From Rhizodiscina lignyota (Eukaryota), in contig ML978121.1 in the NCBI GenBank assembly GCA_010015805.1, positions 62,001 to 126,000 on the forward strand: DNA of 64,000 nucleotides. The letters run 5' to 3'. A program made the translations under genes and the position numbers. The notes under the pieces are model-generated. The model was not told where the DNA came from. It saw only the letters and a list, made by a program, of their open reading frames with translations, and ran no database searches. Below, piece by piece: positions 36,497-49,713 of the stretch. How positions within the stretch are numbered: position 1 is the first letter of the stretch; every line of letters starts with the position of its first letter.

Positions 36497-37617
36497 ATCA
36501 GCGATCAAAATTGGCAACGAGGATAGTCGAGAGGAGAAGCCTGGCGTTCGTCTCTTCCAAGGAATCGATTGGTGTGATTCGATTGTTCGTCTTCTGTGCG
36601 GAATACTCTAGAAGTGCCCTTTAAAGAAAGCATCGGCCTAGTAGTGAAAGGAGATCCCCGCTCTCCGACGAACGAAGACCGGACTGGGGTCGGCTCTTGT
36701 GTCGGAGTAAGAATGATCGATGTGAGTTGATTGAGGAAGGAGGCCCCGCGAGCAGTGCAGGATTTATATACAGGAGGGCGCTGAGGCGCACTGATCGCTT
36801 CCTGACATCTTATCAAGTCAAAAGGGGGAGCGGCGGGTAACAAAGAAGCTTCGTGACCAGTGGCTGCTCCGCAACTAGTCATGACTCATGGTCAAGCTGC
36901 AAGTTCTAGAGCCAGATCCTGGGGTACAGATGGATCAGCTAGATCTACGCCGGGGACTGTAGACGGAACATAAAATCAGACTTTAACAATTACATACAAT
37001 AGGATAGCCCTCCGAATGGCCGTACAAGTTTCCATGATTGAAGCGGAGCTTCTTCTACTAGTACTAAGGGATCGAAATTTCAATACCCCTGTCGTTGAGT
37101 TGAACGATGCGATACGATTGGCCAGATTCGAAATGGGGTATTGGCTGAGAATGGACCTTGGCATTTCGTGACAGAGGTAGGGATACTAAACTTTTAAAAA
37201 GACCCGAGATATAGCCGGTAGGTACTATGTACCTAAAACCTAGGTAGCTATGTACCCGTAACTGATAGGGCTAAGGAGGATATAAGGCGGTGTCTTGGGT
37301 CTTCCTAATCTCTACTCAACCGCCCGAGTATGTATGTTTCTGCCAATCTGCGAGACCACGTCTCAGAGCAAGCATACCAACCAGTACCACTCGCGAGTGT
37401 GCGTACTTTATTGGATGTGTTTGCAATTGGATGTTTAAATTTCTGAAGTGACAAACTCCGCACCGAAGAGAGCTAGAGTTCGTCCAACGACCACCTGCTT
37501 CGAAACGCTCGAATTCTCTTACAAGACATGTTCAAACATGACAAACGCTCATAGACACTGAGCCAAGAAACCTAACTACCTCCACGGCCTTTTTGGAAAT
37601 TATCTTCTATATAACGC

Positions 37618-39759
37618 TTACCGAATGCTCATGACGTCCCTGGATATTTCATACCTACCACCCCACCACATCTCGTTATTCACCAATTCACTGACCATAA
37701 TGTCACTCCTCTCAGGAAATGTCATGCGCGTTAACCACTCACCACGGTCATTACACCAAGCCAAGTATGTTCCGCACAACTGATGGGTGAATGTCAGATA
37801 GCCGACTATATCGCACCGTCCATCCATACGTCTGACAATTAACGCGAGCTGCCCATTGACAACCTCACGCACGACCATGAGCTGGGATGCTTCTCTGTCA
37901 TATGGGATGACCGTCCATAGAACTTCCCGCTGGGGTTGTTCAGTGACGAGTCCTGTCGTTTCGATAGTCACTGCAACCATTGCCTTGGTGTTAAGCACAT
38001 CCATTGGTGTCTTTTCCAGAAGTTCTCGAATCATCGGCACCATGTCGCGTATCAGAAATCCATCACTGGCTCCACTAATTGCCGTTCCCAACAGTTTCAG
38101 GGTCTCGCCTATGAAATTCATTTGTGCAGCTAGAACAGTGACGCCATCGATCCGCTGGACCAGTGCCGGTGTTCCCTGGAGTTTCACCTGCGTGATAGGC
38201 TGTCGAAGTAAAACCTCCAGATGTCGTAACGTGTCCGCTCGTCCTGTAAATAGCGGGGTGCCAGGAAAGTCTCCCGGATGTTGTGCGTTACTCTGCGCAT
38301 GCAGTGTGGCATAGTCTACGATGTTGATGTCAACACTGCCAAGCATTGCCGTAGTATTTGCTTGCCAGGCAAAAATGCGGAATTTTGCCTTCTGCTCGTT
38401 TGGGATTGTGGCTCGAATTGCGCTGAGGACTTTTTGCAGTGCTTCGGCATAAGTGTCACCTTTGTCGTATGGGTATTCGAGATTGCACATCGACGCCCAG
38501 CATGCTACCAAGTCCGCCTCGAAGCGCGCCTCTCGCTTTGACGCGGCAAACCCATTGAGCATCGTGCTCAGGCGACTAGTGAGTGAGTGAAAAGAGTCGG
38601 ATGGGCGCTGACCGCGAAGTTCGAACTGTTCATGTAAAGGCTTCTTTTTCTGCCCAAATAAGGGGTGAACCGGAGAGCTCGACGTACGGAGGCCCAGGAC
38701 TTTATCTACCCCAAGAGAAGGCATGATATTCTGGAAGCTATGTTCGGATTCATCTTTGACAGCCTCATCGGGCGAGAGAAAGGCCAGTTCATCAGGAAAC
38801 AGTCTCTTGACGGTGTTGAACAGCCTGGGAATTTCGCCTCTTGAGAAACCGAGGCTGATCTCCGCATATTGGCCTTGCTGAAGTTTATAAATCGAGGTCA
38901 ATGTCGCTGCATATAGAACGGAGTATTTGACATTCCGAATGATTTCCGGACTGCCTTCAAAGCCAACATCGATGTCCATTGCCATTGCCCACTCCTGGAA
39001 TGTCCAAGCTCGCCGCCAATAGGTCCATGAATGAAATTTTTGCGAGAACTCTTCCACGAGAGCGTAAAACTCCTTGCAGGTCTTACTCAGCTGACTGTCA
39101 GGGTAAGGCTCTTCATTCTCAGTGAAGGCCATTCGATTCTGATTGATGAATTTCGCTTTGTCCGCCAAGGCAGCCAACAGTTGGAAAGCAGCTTGGTCAG
39201 ATGCAGGGAGCAGCACAGCGACTGCGCCGGCATCCGCGTAGACTTGGCCCATTCGCGAGATCTGCCGTGCCACATCAGCAGGGTCGTCCTGATTTATTGA
39301 CATGCAATCTAGCCAAATGGGCTGATCCGCGGTAGCCAGGCGTGCAATGTTGACGAACTTCTCGGCATTTTGCAAGTCTATCGCAAAGTTGGACCTGCAT
39401 TGAGTGCAATACACCGGCAGTTTGACAGTCTGGCCCCAGACATATGATATAGCTTTGTAGCCAGGTGTTTGAGCAGCTTGTGCTGAGCGAGATGAGTTGA
39501 CTTTGGTCTGTAGTGGCTTTGGTAAGCCAGCAATGATGTGTGTGCGCCGGCCATCCTTATGGACGAAGGTGAACTGATCGGAACAGTACCGGCACGAGTC
39601 TAAGGTTATGAGAGCGCTGCCAGCAGTAGATGTGCGATGTACCAGCCCTGGTGCAGATTGAGACGGGCCTGAACCTCTCGGCACAGCTCTTTCACGAGGT
39701 CTGCTTGGAGGGAGAGGGTCAGCAACAAATTCACCTCGGTCACTGTTTTTCCAGCACAT
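37618..39759 (-). CDS. HET-domain (heterokaryon incompatibility) protein
   Basis: YKAISYVWG, IWLDCMSINQDD, MGQVYADA and YWRRAWTFQE motifs in a 713 aa single-exon ORF. Confidence 0.92.
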   Translation of the reverse strand: MCWKNSDRGEFVADPLPPSRPRERAVPRGSGPSQSAPGLVHRTSTAGSALITLDSCRYCSDQFTFVHKDGRRTHIIAGLPKPLQTKVNSSRSAQAAQTPGYKAISYVWGQTVKLPVYCTQCRSNFAIDLQNAEKFVNIARLATADQPIWLDCMSINQDDPADVARQISRMGQVYADAGAVAVLLPASDQAAFQLLAALADKAKFINQNRMAFTENEEPYPDSQLSKTCKEFYALVEEFSQKFHSWTYWRRAWTFQEWAMAMDIDVGFEGSPEIIRNVKYSVLYAATLTSIYKLQQGQYAEISLGFSRGEIPRLFNTVKRLFPDELAFLSPDEAVKDESEHSFQNIMPSLGVDKVLGLRTSSSPVHPLFGQKKKPLHEQFELRGQRPSDSFHSLTSRLSTMLNGFAASKREARFEADLVACWASMCNLEYPYDKGDTYAEALQKVLSAIRATIPNEQKAKFRIFAWQANTTAMLGSVDINIVDYATLHAQSNAQHPGDFPGTPLFTGRADTLRHLEVLLRQPITQVKLQGTPALVQRIDGVTVLAAQMNFIGETLKLLGTAISGASDGFLIRDMVPMIRELLEKTPMDVLNTKAMVAVTIETTGLVTEQPQREVLWTVIPYDREASQLMVVREVVNGQLALIVRRMDGRCDIVGYLTFTHQLCGTYLAWCNDRGEWLTRMTFPERSDIMVSELVNNEMWWGGRYEISRDVMSIR

Positions 39760-40428
39760 CTCCCTTATTGCGTATAATGAATGTAGGATGCCTTAAAATC
39801 GTGATGGCACCATAAATTGCGGATCATGAAATATGAGCCTTTATCTGCGCTGGTGCGGCTGAGCGTCCACACGCCAAGTGGTTCGAGACCCAGCCACGAG
39901 ACGTTAGCCAGAATATCGATCTATCAAATCAGAAGATGGAGGCATTTGCCTGGCTGCATTAGATTTCAACCCTCTGGGCCTTTGAAGATGATAAACACGA
40001 GTCGATCTCATTATTGAGTGAATATTCAGAAAGAGTAAAGAGAGCAAGAAAGTTTGAAGGTTCGACGCCAGAAGATACGATACGAGTCAGGCGGTAGCAC
40101 GCTCGGGACAGAGCTCTTTGCTCTGGAAACGAGTAGTCCATCGAACACTCCAGCGATGTAAGGCGCACATCCATAGGTATGGACTGTGCCTATGTTACAG
40201 TGCGACCACGCTGGGGGAAGAAGCAGGCCAGGCAGCAGTGTTGTGCAGTTGTGGCTTAAGGGGTGGCCCCATTTTTCTGGGCCAGGGCTGAGGCGCCTTG
40301 TGCGAATGCCGACGGGGTTCGGGAAGATCGTCGCGCCCCAAGTCCGATATGCCCTCTCTACCGTATCTTCATCACCGCGCGTGTCTCTCCACGTCTCTCC
40401 AATGTTCTCTTTAGCAAGTCTGTACCCG

Positions 40429-42442
40429 ATGAACGGAACGGATTCGAGAGCGGTGGGTGGCACTGAGGCTGCCCGTCTCACATCGTCATATGGAAAATCT
40501 TGCGTCAATTGCGCCAGAAGCAAGACGCGGTGTTCATACAGCAGCAATAGCGCAATATGCGACAGGTATGTTCAGTTTCTTATGTTTTGTACTTTGACAA
40601 GTCAAGCATTCCGGGAATATTGAGCCTCTGGGCATCTACATATAGTTGGGCCGAATACAGTAGTCCAGTTGTCCTTCAGACACATGATCGCACCACCGCA
40701 AGCCTTACTTCTATTAATGCTCTGAAAATAAAGCTTGCTCAAAGGCTGATAAAGATATTAGATGTCATCGTTTAAATAAAGACTGCCAATTGGCCCCAAC
40801 AGCGCGACAGAAGAGGCCGTCCAAGAAGCCACTCTCGATAAATTCAGTAGCCAGCAGAACCGCTGCGCTGGAGGAGAAGCTCGATGGCATCGTCCAGTTA
40901 CTGGTTCCAACTGCAACTGAACCCTCAGACACCACAGCCTTTGAAAGGCCCACACCACCAATTTCGTCGGGCGGCTCTGTTGTGTCAGCTCCTGCGGGCT
41001 ATCCATTGGAATCCGAAGCCGAATGCACAGAATATCTTGAAACCTTTCGAATAAAGCTGACCCCCATGCTCCCGGCTGTATGCATCCCGTCCACAATGAC
41101 AGTAGACCAGATGCGGGAGCAACGTCCGTTCTTATGGCTTGTCATGAGAGCACTCTGCACAAAGGATTACGCTCGGCAACATACTCTCGGGAACAGTATC
41201 AGAAGGGAAATTGGAGACGTCTTGTTGATCCAAAATGTGAAGACACTGGACTTGCTTCTCGGAATCTTGGTCTTTACTAGTTGGACCCATTACTTCACTT
41301 ATGGTCGTGGCAATATGACTGTGGACCTCCAACTTGCAGTTGCAGTCGCTTACGATCTCGGCCTCAACAAGCCAGCTGCCATCCCGCCAACGATGATGCA
41401 CTACAGCGATCAAGGCTGTCCGAAGTATTCCAATCCTCCACAAAGGACAATGGAAGAGAGAAGAGCCATCATTGGTCTCTTTTTGTTAACTTCGGTGGCC
41501 GCGAACTACTTCGAGCGTATTGAGCCTCTGCGATGGACACCGTATCTGGATGAATGCCTGCGCCTGCTCCAAGAGAGTAAGGAGTATTCAACAGATGAAT
41601 TACTTGTCTGTCTGGTCCGCGGACAGCGAGTTCGAAACGGAATAGCGACTGTTCAATTGACTTCCTGTCTCGAATCTCCTGGAAGCTGCACTCTGCATGA
41701 CGCCTATGTCAAACTCTTCCTCTCACAAATAGACGAGATAAAAGGATCTCTCCCGATATATCTCAAATCAAATGCGATGCTGCAATTGCACTTCCTCAAC
41801 ACAGTTGTCAGCATTCACGAACACAGTCTTATCCCCTCAAAGCAGACATCGCTCGACCCTGGCGCCACAACAGACCGCATTCAGAATCTCCACTCCTGTT
41901 TCTCGGCCGTGAAAACATGGTTCACGGTTTTCTTCACCCTCGACGAGTTCCCTCTCAGCTGCTACCCGTATATCTCCATGATAACGCATTCACAGGCCGC
42001 ACACTGCATGGTCGCGCTCTTCCGTCTAACAACCTTCGAGTCACCTGGCATACCGTGGGATCGTCAGCGCGTCAGGCGAGAGTTCGACTTTGGCCAAGTG
42101 ATAAGGACATGGCTGGAGCGGTGGGAAGGTGCGCCTGCAGCTGCCGGCCTCGATGCTAGCGTTTGGTCTAATGTTGATGGCCCTCCGTGGGCAGCGACGC
42201 GGAAATACCTCTCAGCTATTATAAATTGGTGGGAGGCCAAGATTGCTCCGAGGCTGGTGACGGAAGTCAACGGCATGAGAGTTCAAGACGATACGGCGAG
42301 TATTGTGAGAACTATGTATACCGACGGTTCGCAACTGGAACCAGTTGAGCACGCGGATCAGAATCTAGAGTTTTTGGATGATGAGTGGATGAGAGATGTG
42401 TTGGGCCCGGGATACGATTTTTTCAGAGAACCATATGGCTGA
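40429..42442 (+). CDS. Zn(II)2Cys6 transcription factor; intron 40566-40761
   Basis: CVNCARSKTRC...ICDR|CHRLNKDC, followed by LEEKLDGIVQLL and a middle-homology region. Confidence 0.9.
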
Positions 42443-42940
42443 AGTTTCGCCGCTGGATACTAGACGGTCCTGATTTCCTTTTCTCCAGATGTACAACAGG
42501 CTATTCCCCACAACTTCGGGATTGACGAGGAATCGGAGATTTCTCCCTTGTGCTGCTATGCTCGATGGTCATTGCTAATTCCCGTTACACGGAAGGCACA
42601 AGGCAAAAGGGCGTTCATTCATCCTGCGTAACAACAAGCACACGCTCAAGTGAGAATCTATCGCAATTTCATCCGATTCATGCGAAGTCGGAAAGGCTAC
42701 AGCGCTAAGTTGGTTACCATGACTCTCGCGGGATCGACGCGGCCAAACCAGGACTCGAACGGATTTCGGGGTTGGTGCGCTTTCCACTCTCCGACATCCC
42801 TCTTTTTGTTTACTTAAAAGCAGAACCACCTCTTCTCCTCCAAAAAATGGACCTCCTACGAATTGCGGCAGCAGCAGCTTCTCTATTTCACTGTTGTCAT
42901 CTCACATCGTCTTGAGCGCCGTTCCCTTCCCACGGGGACC

Positions 42941-45025
42941 ATGGCAGAGGCAATGGAAAAAGATACAGCCCACGATGAAGGCACCGAGGTAGCCGCAGAA
43001 ATCGATGCGAACACCTCGAATGAGGCCTCCGATAAAGAGACCTCCAACGAGGAGGCCCCCCAAAATGAATCACCACAGTACGTCACCGGGATCAAGCTAT
43101 GGACTCTGCTTGCTTCGATAACTCTCATCGTCTTCCTCGTCATGCTCGACATGAGCATCATTGTCACGGTTCGTTATCGCCATTATCTATCCTGGTTATG
43201 ATAAACTGATAACTGTTTGGCAGGCCATTCCTCGAATTACCAACCAATTCCATTCACTTCAAGATGTCGGATGGTACGGCAGTGCATACCTCTTGGCAAG
43301 GTACGCAGCATCCTCATGTTCTTCCAACGGCTAAATAAGGACTGACTGTCCATAGTTGCTCTCTTCAGCCTCTCACGGGGAAGATATATTCGCTCTTCAG
43401 CACAAAGGTATATCCGAAAACTTCCTGCTCCTGTACGAGATGTTGACAGAGCGAAGATCACCTACATGGCTTTCCTCGCTCTCTTCGAAGTCGGGTCCGC
43501 ATTGTGTGGTGCTGCTCAATCCTCCAAGATGTTAATTGTTGGCCGCGCTGTGGCAGGGTTGGGGGTAGCTGGCCTGTCAAATGGTGCCATGACTATCATC
43601 TCTGCCTCCGCCCCCCTCCACAAAAGACCAGGTACGTACCTTACACTTTGGCGTCAATCGAGAAGCTAACATCAAATTCAGCTCTCATAGGGATAATGAT
43701 GTCCAGTACGTGAACATATCTCCAAATAGAAAAGGTGCATTTGATAGCTAACCCTTCGCTTCAGTTAGCCAACTTGGCATCATTGGAGGCCCCCTGATCG
43801 GAGGCGCATTAACGCAGTATGCCAGTTGGCGATGGTGTACGTTGCATTCCTGGCTTTGAGCAATGAGCATTCATCACAAGATACTAATAGTGTAGGCTTC
43901 TTCATCAACTTACCCGTCGGGGCCGTCTCTTCGATTATCCTCATCCTAATCAAATTTCCCGACGACGCAGCGAAGGCCGCTCGCCGTGTCAAGCTAGCCG
44001 ATTTCGACTTCCCAGGCTTCGTCCTCTTCGCTGGCTTCGCCATCATGTTCCTCCTCGCATTGGAATGGGGTGGCACGGTCTACCCGTGGAAGAGTGCAAT
44101 CATAATAGGACTGTTCTGTGGTTCAGGTGGGGTGCTGGCCATCTTCGCTGCGTGGGAGATTCGTGTCGGAGATAATGCTATGATTCCTCCTGGCATGGTT
44201 CGCAAAAGAGTCGTTTGGAGCGCCTGTCTAGTAATCGCCTTTTTCTTTGGCGCCCTTCTCTGCTTCACTTACTACCTGCCGATCTACTTCCAGGCCGTCA
44301 AGGGCGTATCGCCATCGTTAAGTGGTGTGTATGTTTTGCCAGGGATTCTCAGTCAAATTCTGATGGCGACTGTATCGGGGGTCCTAGGTAATCATTGACC
44401 CTGTTTTCTTTTTGCTCTTGTGCTAACGGTTACAGTTGGTGTATGGGGTTACTATCTCCCATGGTCTATCGCCTCGTCCATTCTTGTCTCCATATCGGCC
44501 GGATTACTGTCGACTCTTGCTCCCCACACCTCGACTGCGGAATGGGTCATATACCAAATGATTGGAGGCTTTGGCCGTGGAGCCGGTCTGCAAATGGTAC
44601 GCTGTTCGGAGCTCCTGATTGCCAGCTGCTAATCTGCATAGCCAATTGTCGCTGTCCAAAACAACCTTCCGCGAGAGCAAAACGCGGTCGGAATGGCTCT
44701 CATCATGTTCTGCCAGACCTTCGGCGGATCTTTGTTCCTCAGCTTTGCCCAAACGATATTCGATCACAGCCTCATTGCTAGCCTACACAAATACGCCCCT
44801 GCTGTCAACTCCGAGGCCGGGGTATCTGCCGGTGCTACAGCTTTCAGGGGCATAGTAAATGACGCAGATCTGCCGGGCGTTTTGCGAGCGTACAGCGTGG
44901 CAATCGATCACAATTTCTACTTGGCTGCCGGTGCATCGGTGGGAGCCTTTGTGTGCTGTTGGGGTATGGGCTGGAAGAAGATCACAAAGGAGAAGCCCAA
45001 AAAGTCCAATGCATTTAATGCGTAG
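42941..45025 (+). CDS. MFS drug/toxin efflux pump (DHA2-like), about 8 introns
   Basis: [59 protein letters not shown] and QTFGG motifs. Confidence 0.9.
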
Positions 45026-46510
45026 AAGAAGCTTTTCAGCACAGAGAATGGTCATTTCGGCCTCGGACCCAGATTATTCGAGGAAACATCACTGTTGTAT
45101 TTTTGGAAGCTCCAATTCTCTTTTTGAAAGGGTCAACCAGAACGACAAGTTTGGTGGAGCGAAGCATCGTCTGCCCACGGAAATGAAATCATATTTGGAG
45201 GCCATGGACGATTGTACCGATGAATCCTTTCACTAGTTCATATAGATAGCCATTCTTGCTTCTTTCTTGTTAGTACTTCCGAGTTCGAAATATGAATTGG
45301 TGAACAGGGGATCTGCAACTATCCGAATCCAGAGATCTGGGTCCTACTTGTCGTACTGCGTCTCCCCAGCCACCATCCCAACCCCTTGAGCCGTACTTCA
45401 TTCGGCCAGCCTGCCAATCCCTTAAATCAGCCGAAGCCCTGTATTCTTTATTCCCCAGCGCCCTCTAATGACTATGCACTTCTGACCAGCGACTTCCACT
45501 TGCCTGGGGGCAGTGTGATTCTGTTTCGAGAACGACATCAAGGACGCAAACCACCAAGAGCAGGGACAGATCTTCGGTCGCGGCAAATACAGTGAGCCAG
45601 TTCCTGTACGAGTCCAGGACCCTGTGCTAACTCAAAGGTCAGCTCGACAAAGAGCAGAGATTGAGCACGAGAATTGCATTCGGGAAGCGCTGAGGCAGCA
45701 AATCACCTCCATCGCAACACGCCACTCAGCCCTGCGAGACGACGAATATCTGTGTCCCAAACATGCCTATGGTTTTGGAGTATACGTTGCCGGAGCATGC
45801 TCAACCAGCGTTTACACACCGTGTCCGCGAGAATGCGTGTATGTTAATCAAGAATATGGTACGTTGGTCAAAATCTGTGAGACAACTGCTCTTCTGAGTC
45901 GGATTCCAATGAATGGAGATGAAAAGCTTCTGCCCGTGGGAGGTGCAGCTTCATCTGATGTCTGAAGGTGTCTCCCATCCCATGTCCGTGGCTCGTGTCG
46001 GAGCTTTGCACGATCTGCAGCCAGGGTTCATATCTCTGACCAGGGCCTGCAGATGCCCAACGCCGTGGGATATTACCCCTTGCGCTTTCCTTAATCGAGC
46101 AATTCAGCTACCTCGGCCTCGGCCTACGGGCCCATGAGGTGATTCATTTCTAGATTGACAAGACTGCTCTCGAGATTGCCAGTGTCTGCTCTGGATTAAC
46201 CACCTCTTCAAATGTGCGTTTGATGATTTTCAAATCCCAGCTGTCAGAAGGTGTTTATGCAGCACCTTTTGGGTTGATGACGCCGCTGGTGCTATCTCCC
46301 CAGAGGGCATATTAGCATTTCTCCTCACTTCTTGATTGTTCTCTTTCAATCAACTCGTTCGGAATACCCTCTGAGTCTTCGCCACTGAGTGCTCAACACC
46401 CAACGACGCAAACCGAATCTCGAAGGAGCAAATTACCCCCAAATCTCGAAGAAGCGAGCCGTATCTTGAGAGACCAGAGTACCTCCCCTACGCCGAATTA
46501 CATCGCAGTC

Positions 46511-47017
46511 ATGCCGTACATTTTCGAGATCTATGTCGATGGTGGCCGCAGAAGAAACGGCCAGGACGACGCCTTTGGAGCAGCTGCAGTCGTCTTCAAA
46601 AGGAGGAACAGAAGCGACCAAGTTTGGTGGAGGGAGATTCCCAATTTTCTGTACCAACCCGTGCCAACGAACCAGCGAGCCGAACTCACGGCGGCCATTA
46701 TGGCCCTGGAAATCGTCCTTGAAAAGTACGATGCCCTGCGAGGGACTCCGTGGATCAATGTCACAATCTACACAGATTCGCACTACGTAGTCGGGTGCAT
46801 GACGAAGTGGATACACAAGTGGCAGAACAACGGTTGGATCAATGCTGCGGGCCGGGACGTTGCGAACCGCGACCTCATCGAGGAGGCTGCTGAGCTTGAC
46901 GCCCGTGTTTGCGCGGAGGGGAATCTAACTTACACTTGGATACCGAGAGCGGAGAATTCCATCGCCGATAAGTACTGCAATGACTGTTTAGATCAACAGG
47001 AGGATGAGCGATACTGA
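46511..47017 (+). CDS. Short RNase HI-like protein (catalytic domain only)
   Basis: YVDGG, TNQRAE, YTDSHY, ANRDL and WIPRAENSIAD: the D-E-D-D residues are present. There is no N-terminal hybrid-binding domain. Confidence 0.9.
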   Translation: MPYIFEIYVDGGRRRNGQDDAFGAAAVVFKRRNRSDQVWWREIPNFLYQPVPTNQRAELTAAIMALEIVLEKYDALRGTPWINVTIYTDSHYVVGCMTKWIHKWQNNGWINAAGRDVANRDLIEEAAELDARVCAEGNLTYTWIPRAENSIADKYCNDCLDQQEDERY

Positions 47018-47585
47018 TAGTGAGGTGACTGGTGGTGAGGTCGAGTGGCACATATACCTTCCATTATAGCGTGCCAAACGTGCCTGGAGGAAGCAGCAGT
47101 TATTATGCCAAAGGTTTGAGTGTCGTATTTGACAGAGGTTCCACGGGAAGTGTCCCAGGTAGCCAACGAGTGGTACACGGACAAGTGGCTCCACCTGCGG
47201 AATTCGGTGTTGGGGATTGCACGGATTTCATGTTGCATGGCAACTGAGGGGGATATTGAGTATCGGAAACGAACAACCATATCATGACTCCTATACAGGA
47301 CTACAATTGTGCATTAACAGGCACGGTGATGCGTGAAAACAAAAATTCAGCACGATCAAATAAGCAAGAAGTTGTAAGAGACAAGCCTGCTGAATTCATG
47401 TCTATAAGCCGGGTACTACTAACCCACTAGAATTACACAAAGAGAGACAAGAGCCGGCAACTCATGTCCCAATGCCATTTCTACGATCATGAGGGTATAG
47501 GTCCAATTTGTGTACGCCCTGTATGTGCAATGCCCAAGAAACAAGAAGCATTATGTGATCACCGTCGATCCCTTTACATCACGAT

Positions 47586-48971
47586 CTAGAGGAAGTAGCC
47601 GAACAGGCCCAAGATGGCGATCGCACCCGTACCAATCTCAGCGTGGCGGTTGGCAGCGCCGGTGAAGGCACTAACAGGGGCGCTGGAGCTTGGAGTCTTT
47701 GGCGTGGAGACAGCACCGGTGCCAGCGGCAGCGGTAGTCATCGTAGAGTTGGAACCAAAGCCGGAGCCTGAGCCTGAGCCTGAAGATCCGGAGCCGGAGC
47801 TGGAGCTAGAGCTTCCAGTCGGGCTGGCAGATCCGGAGCCAGAGCCGGAGGAGCCGGAGCCACTTCCGCCCTTGGTTGACTTGCCGGAAGCAGTGGCCGA
47901 AGCAGAGGAGCCAGAAGTCTTGGAGGAAGCACTAGAGGTCTTGGATGCAGAAGCAGAAGACGAGGAGCTCGAAGTGGTATTGTCGCAGGAGAGATCAAAA
48001 AGCGGCTTGTTGCTGACGGAATCACCGAGGATACCGAATGCTGGGCTGGCGCCGGCATCGCTGAGAGTGTACCACCAGGTGTTGGTCTTGCCGAACAAAG
48101 CGCAGCCAACCTTCTTCCAGTACTTCTCGGCGTTCTCGACGCTGGCAACGGCGAGGTTGGACTTGGGACCAGTGTATGGCCAGCCAGTCTCGGTGACCCA
48201 CACAGGCTTACCGGCACCAGCTGTCTGGGTCTGGTCGAAGGCAGACCAGAAGAGGTCAGCAGCGTCGTCGATGCTGTTGCTCTCGGTAGTCTGGTAGTAC
48301 GGGTAGGCGTCCATGCCGAGGAAGTCGCAGTTGTCAATGACAGCCTGGTTGCTGCCGTTGATGTAGGAGGTGTAAGTGTCGACGTGGCCGACGGGCTTGT
48401 CGCCAAGAGGAGTGCCCTTGATGGTGCTACGGACCTGCTTGATGTAGGAGACGAGCGTGTCGGGAGCGGCACCCGGGTTGGGGTCCTTGTTGACGACTTG
48501 GGAGGTGTAGGTGATGCGATAGAGATCCTCAGAGCCAATCGAGATACCGATGACTGTGTCAGCGAAGTCCTGGCCGTACTGCTGGATGGCGCTCTTCAGG
48601 GCAGCGATCTCGTTGTCGAACGCAGCCTGGCCAGCCGAAGCCCAGAGACCGAGGAGAAGCGTGCCCTTGGAGGCAATAGCTGCGGGAATGGCGCTGATGG
48701 GGGTGTTGGTGGTGCCGTCCTGAATCATGGTGTAGAGACGCGCGGAGTTGAAGCCAGATGCACCAGGCAGGCTCTTGGAAGCGTCGATATCAGCTTCAAA
48801 GACGTCCTGAGTGCCACCGTCTGCGTTCCGCCAGTGTTAGTGAAACAAAGAAGGGATCCGAGCATCGGCATTCCGTAGTGGCTACTCACTGGAAGCGTAG
48901 TTGAAGCCCTGCGCCGTGGCAGCAACGCACGAGGCGGAGGCCGCGAGGGCCAGGAAAGACTTTGCAAGCAT
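47586..48971 (-). CDS. eglC: GPI-anchored GH17 beta-1,3-endoglucanase (EglC-like); intron 48821-48888
   Basis: Signal peptide plus [40 protein letters not shown] and WVTETGWP; Ser/Gly linker and hydrophobic GPI tail. Confidence 0.9.
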
Positions 48972-49713
48972 CTCGACCAAAGCTCAATCTATAATCAAAA
49001 GAGGGTAAGAAGTATGTTGACTCGACTGTGAGTCGAAAAGCGAGAGACTGACGGGAATTAATTAAAAGGGTACAAAGAAAGGCCGGATAGGCAAGTCGTC
49101 GTGCTGGTGAGGTGTGAGGTGAGGTGAAGAGAAGAAGAAGCGAGCGAGCAGCTCAGTGCCAAAAGGCTTGCAAGCGCGTTGTGCCCGTGCGGCACCGCGG
49201 ACCCACAAACAATAGAACTCGTCATTGGCTAAGCCCGTTCCGTGCGACTGAGGCCCGCGGCGCATTGCTGATTCGGCGGGTTGACGAGTGGCTGCGAGCA
49301 TTCTTCCAAGGCCGGTCCCAAACAAAGGCGGGCTGTGCTGCCGCTGCCCCTATTCCGTGCTCTAGCGCGTCACGCCGCGCCGTACCTGCAGCCTTCGAGA
49401 AGGCGCATCCCTTCCATTGGAATCCCGCGCTGGAGACGCAATCACGGCGAGTTGGCACACGTCAAGCCATCCTCACATCTTGCCTCCGACATCCGGCGCC
49501 GCGCACCTCTTGAAGGCAGTACGCTCGCTGGTGTCGCGGCCCGTTGCGCGCTCGTCTGCTGCAATTCAGCCAGTCGACGATGGAGGCTGGTGCTCATGAG
49601 CAGCCACCTTAGATCGCCTGCTGCCATTCAACTCTCGCCGCTATTGTCTCTTTATGAACACCTCGAGCGCCTCAGGTTGCGTCTTCGAGCTCCTCCATTC
49701 ATATCTGTCCTTA

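Noticed and set aside
36016..47017. RNase H genes as retrotransposon remnants
   Set aside because: No reverse transcriptase, integrase, gag or LTRs seen; each has its own short N-terminus and stop.
47614..48878. Long antisense and alternative-frame ORFs over the GH17 gene
   Set aside because: Shadows of GC-biased codons and the Ser/Gly linker.
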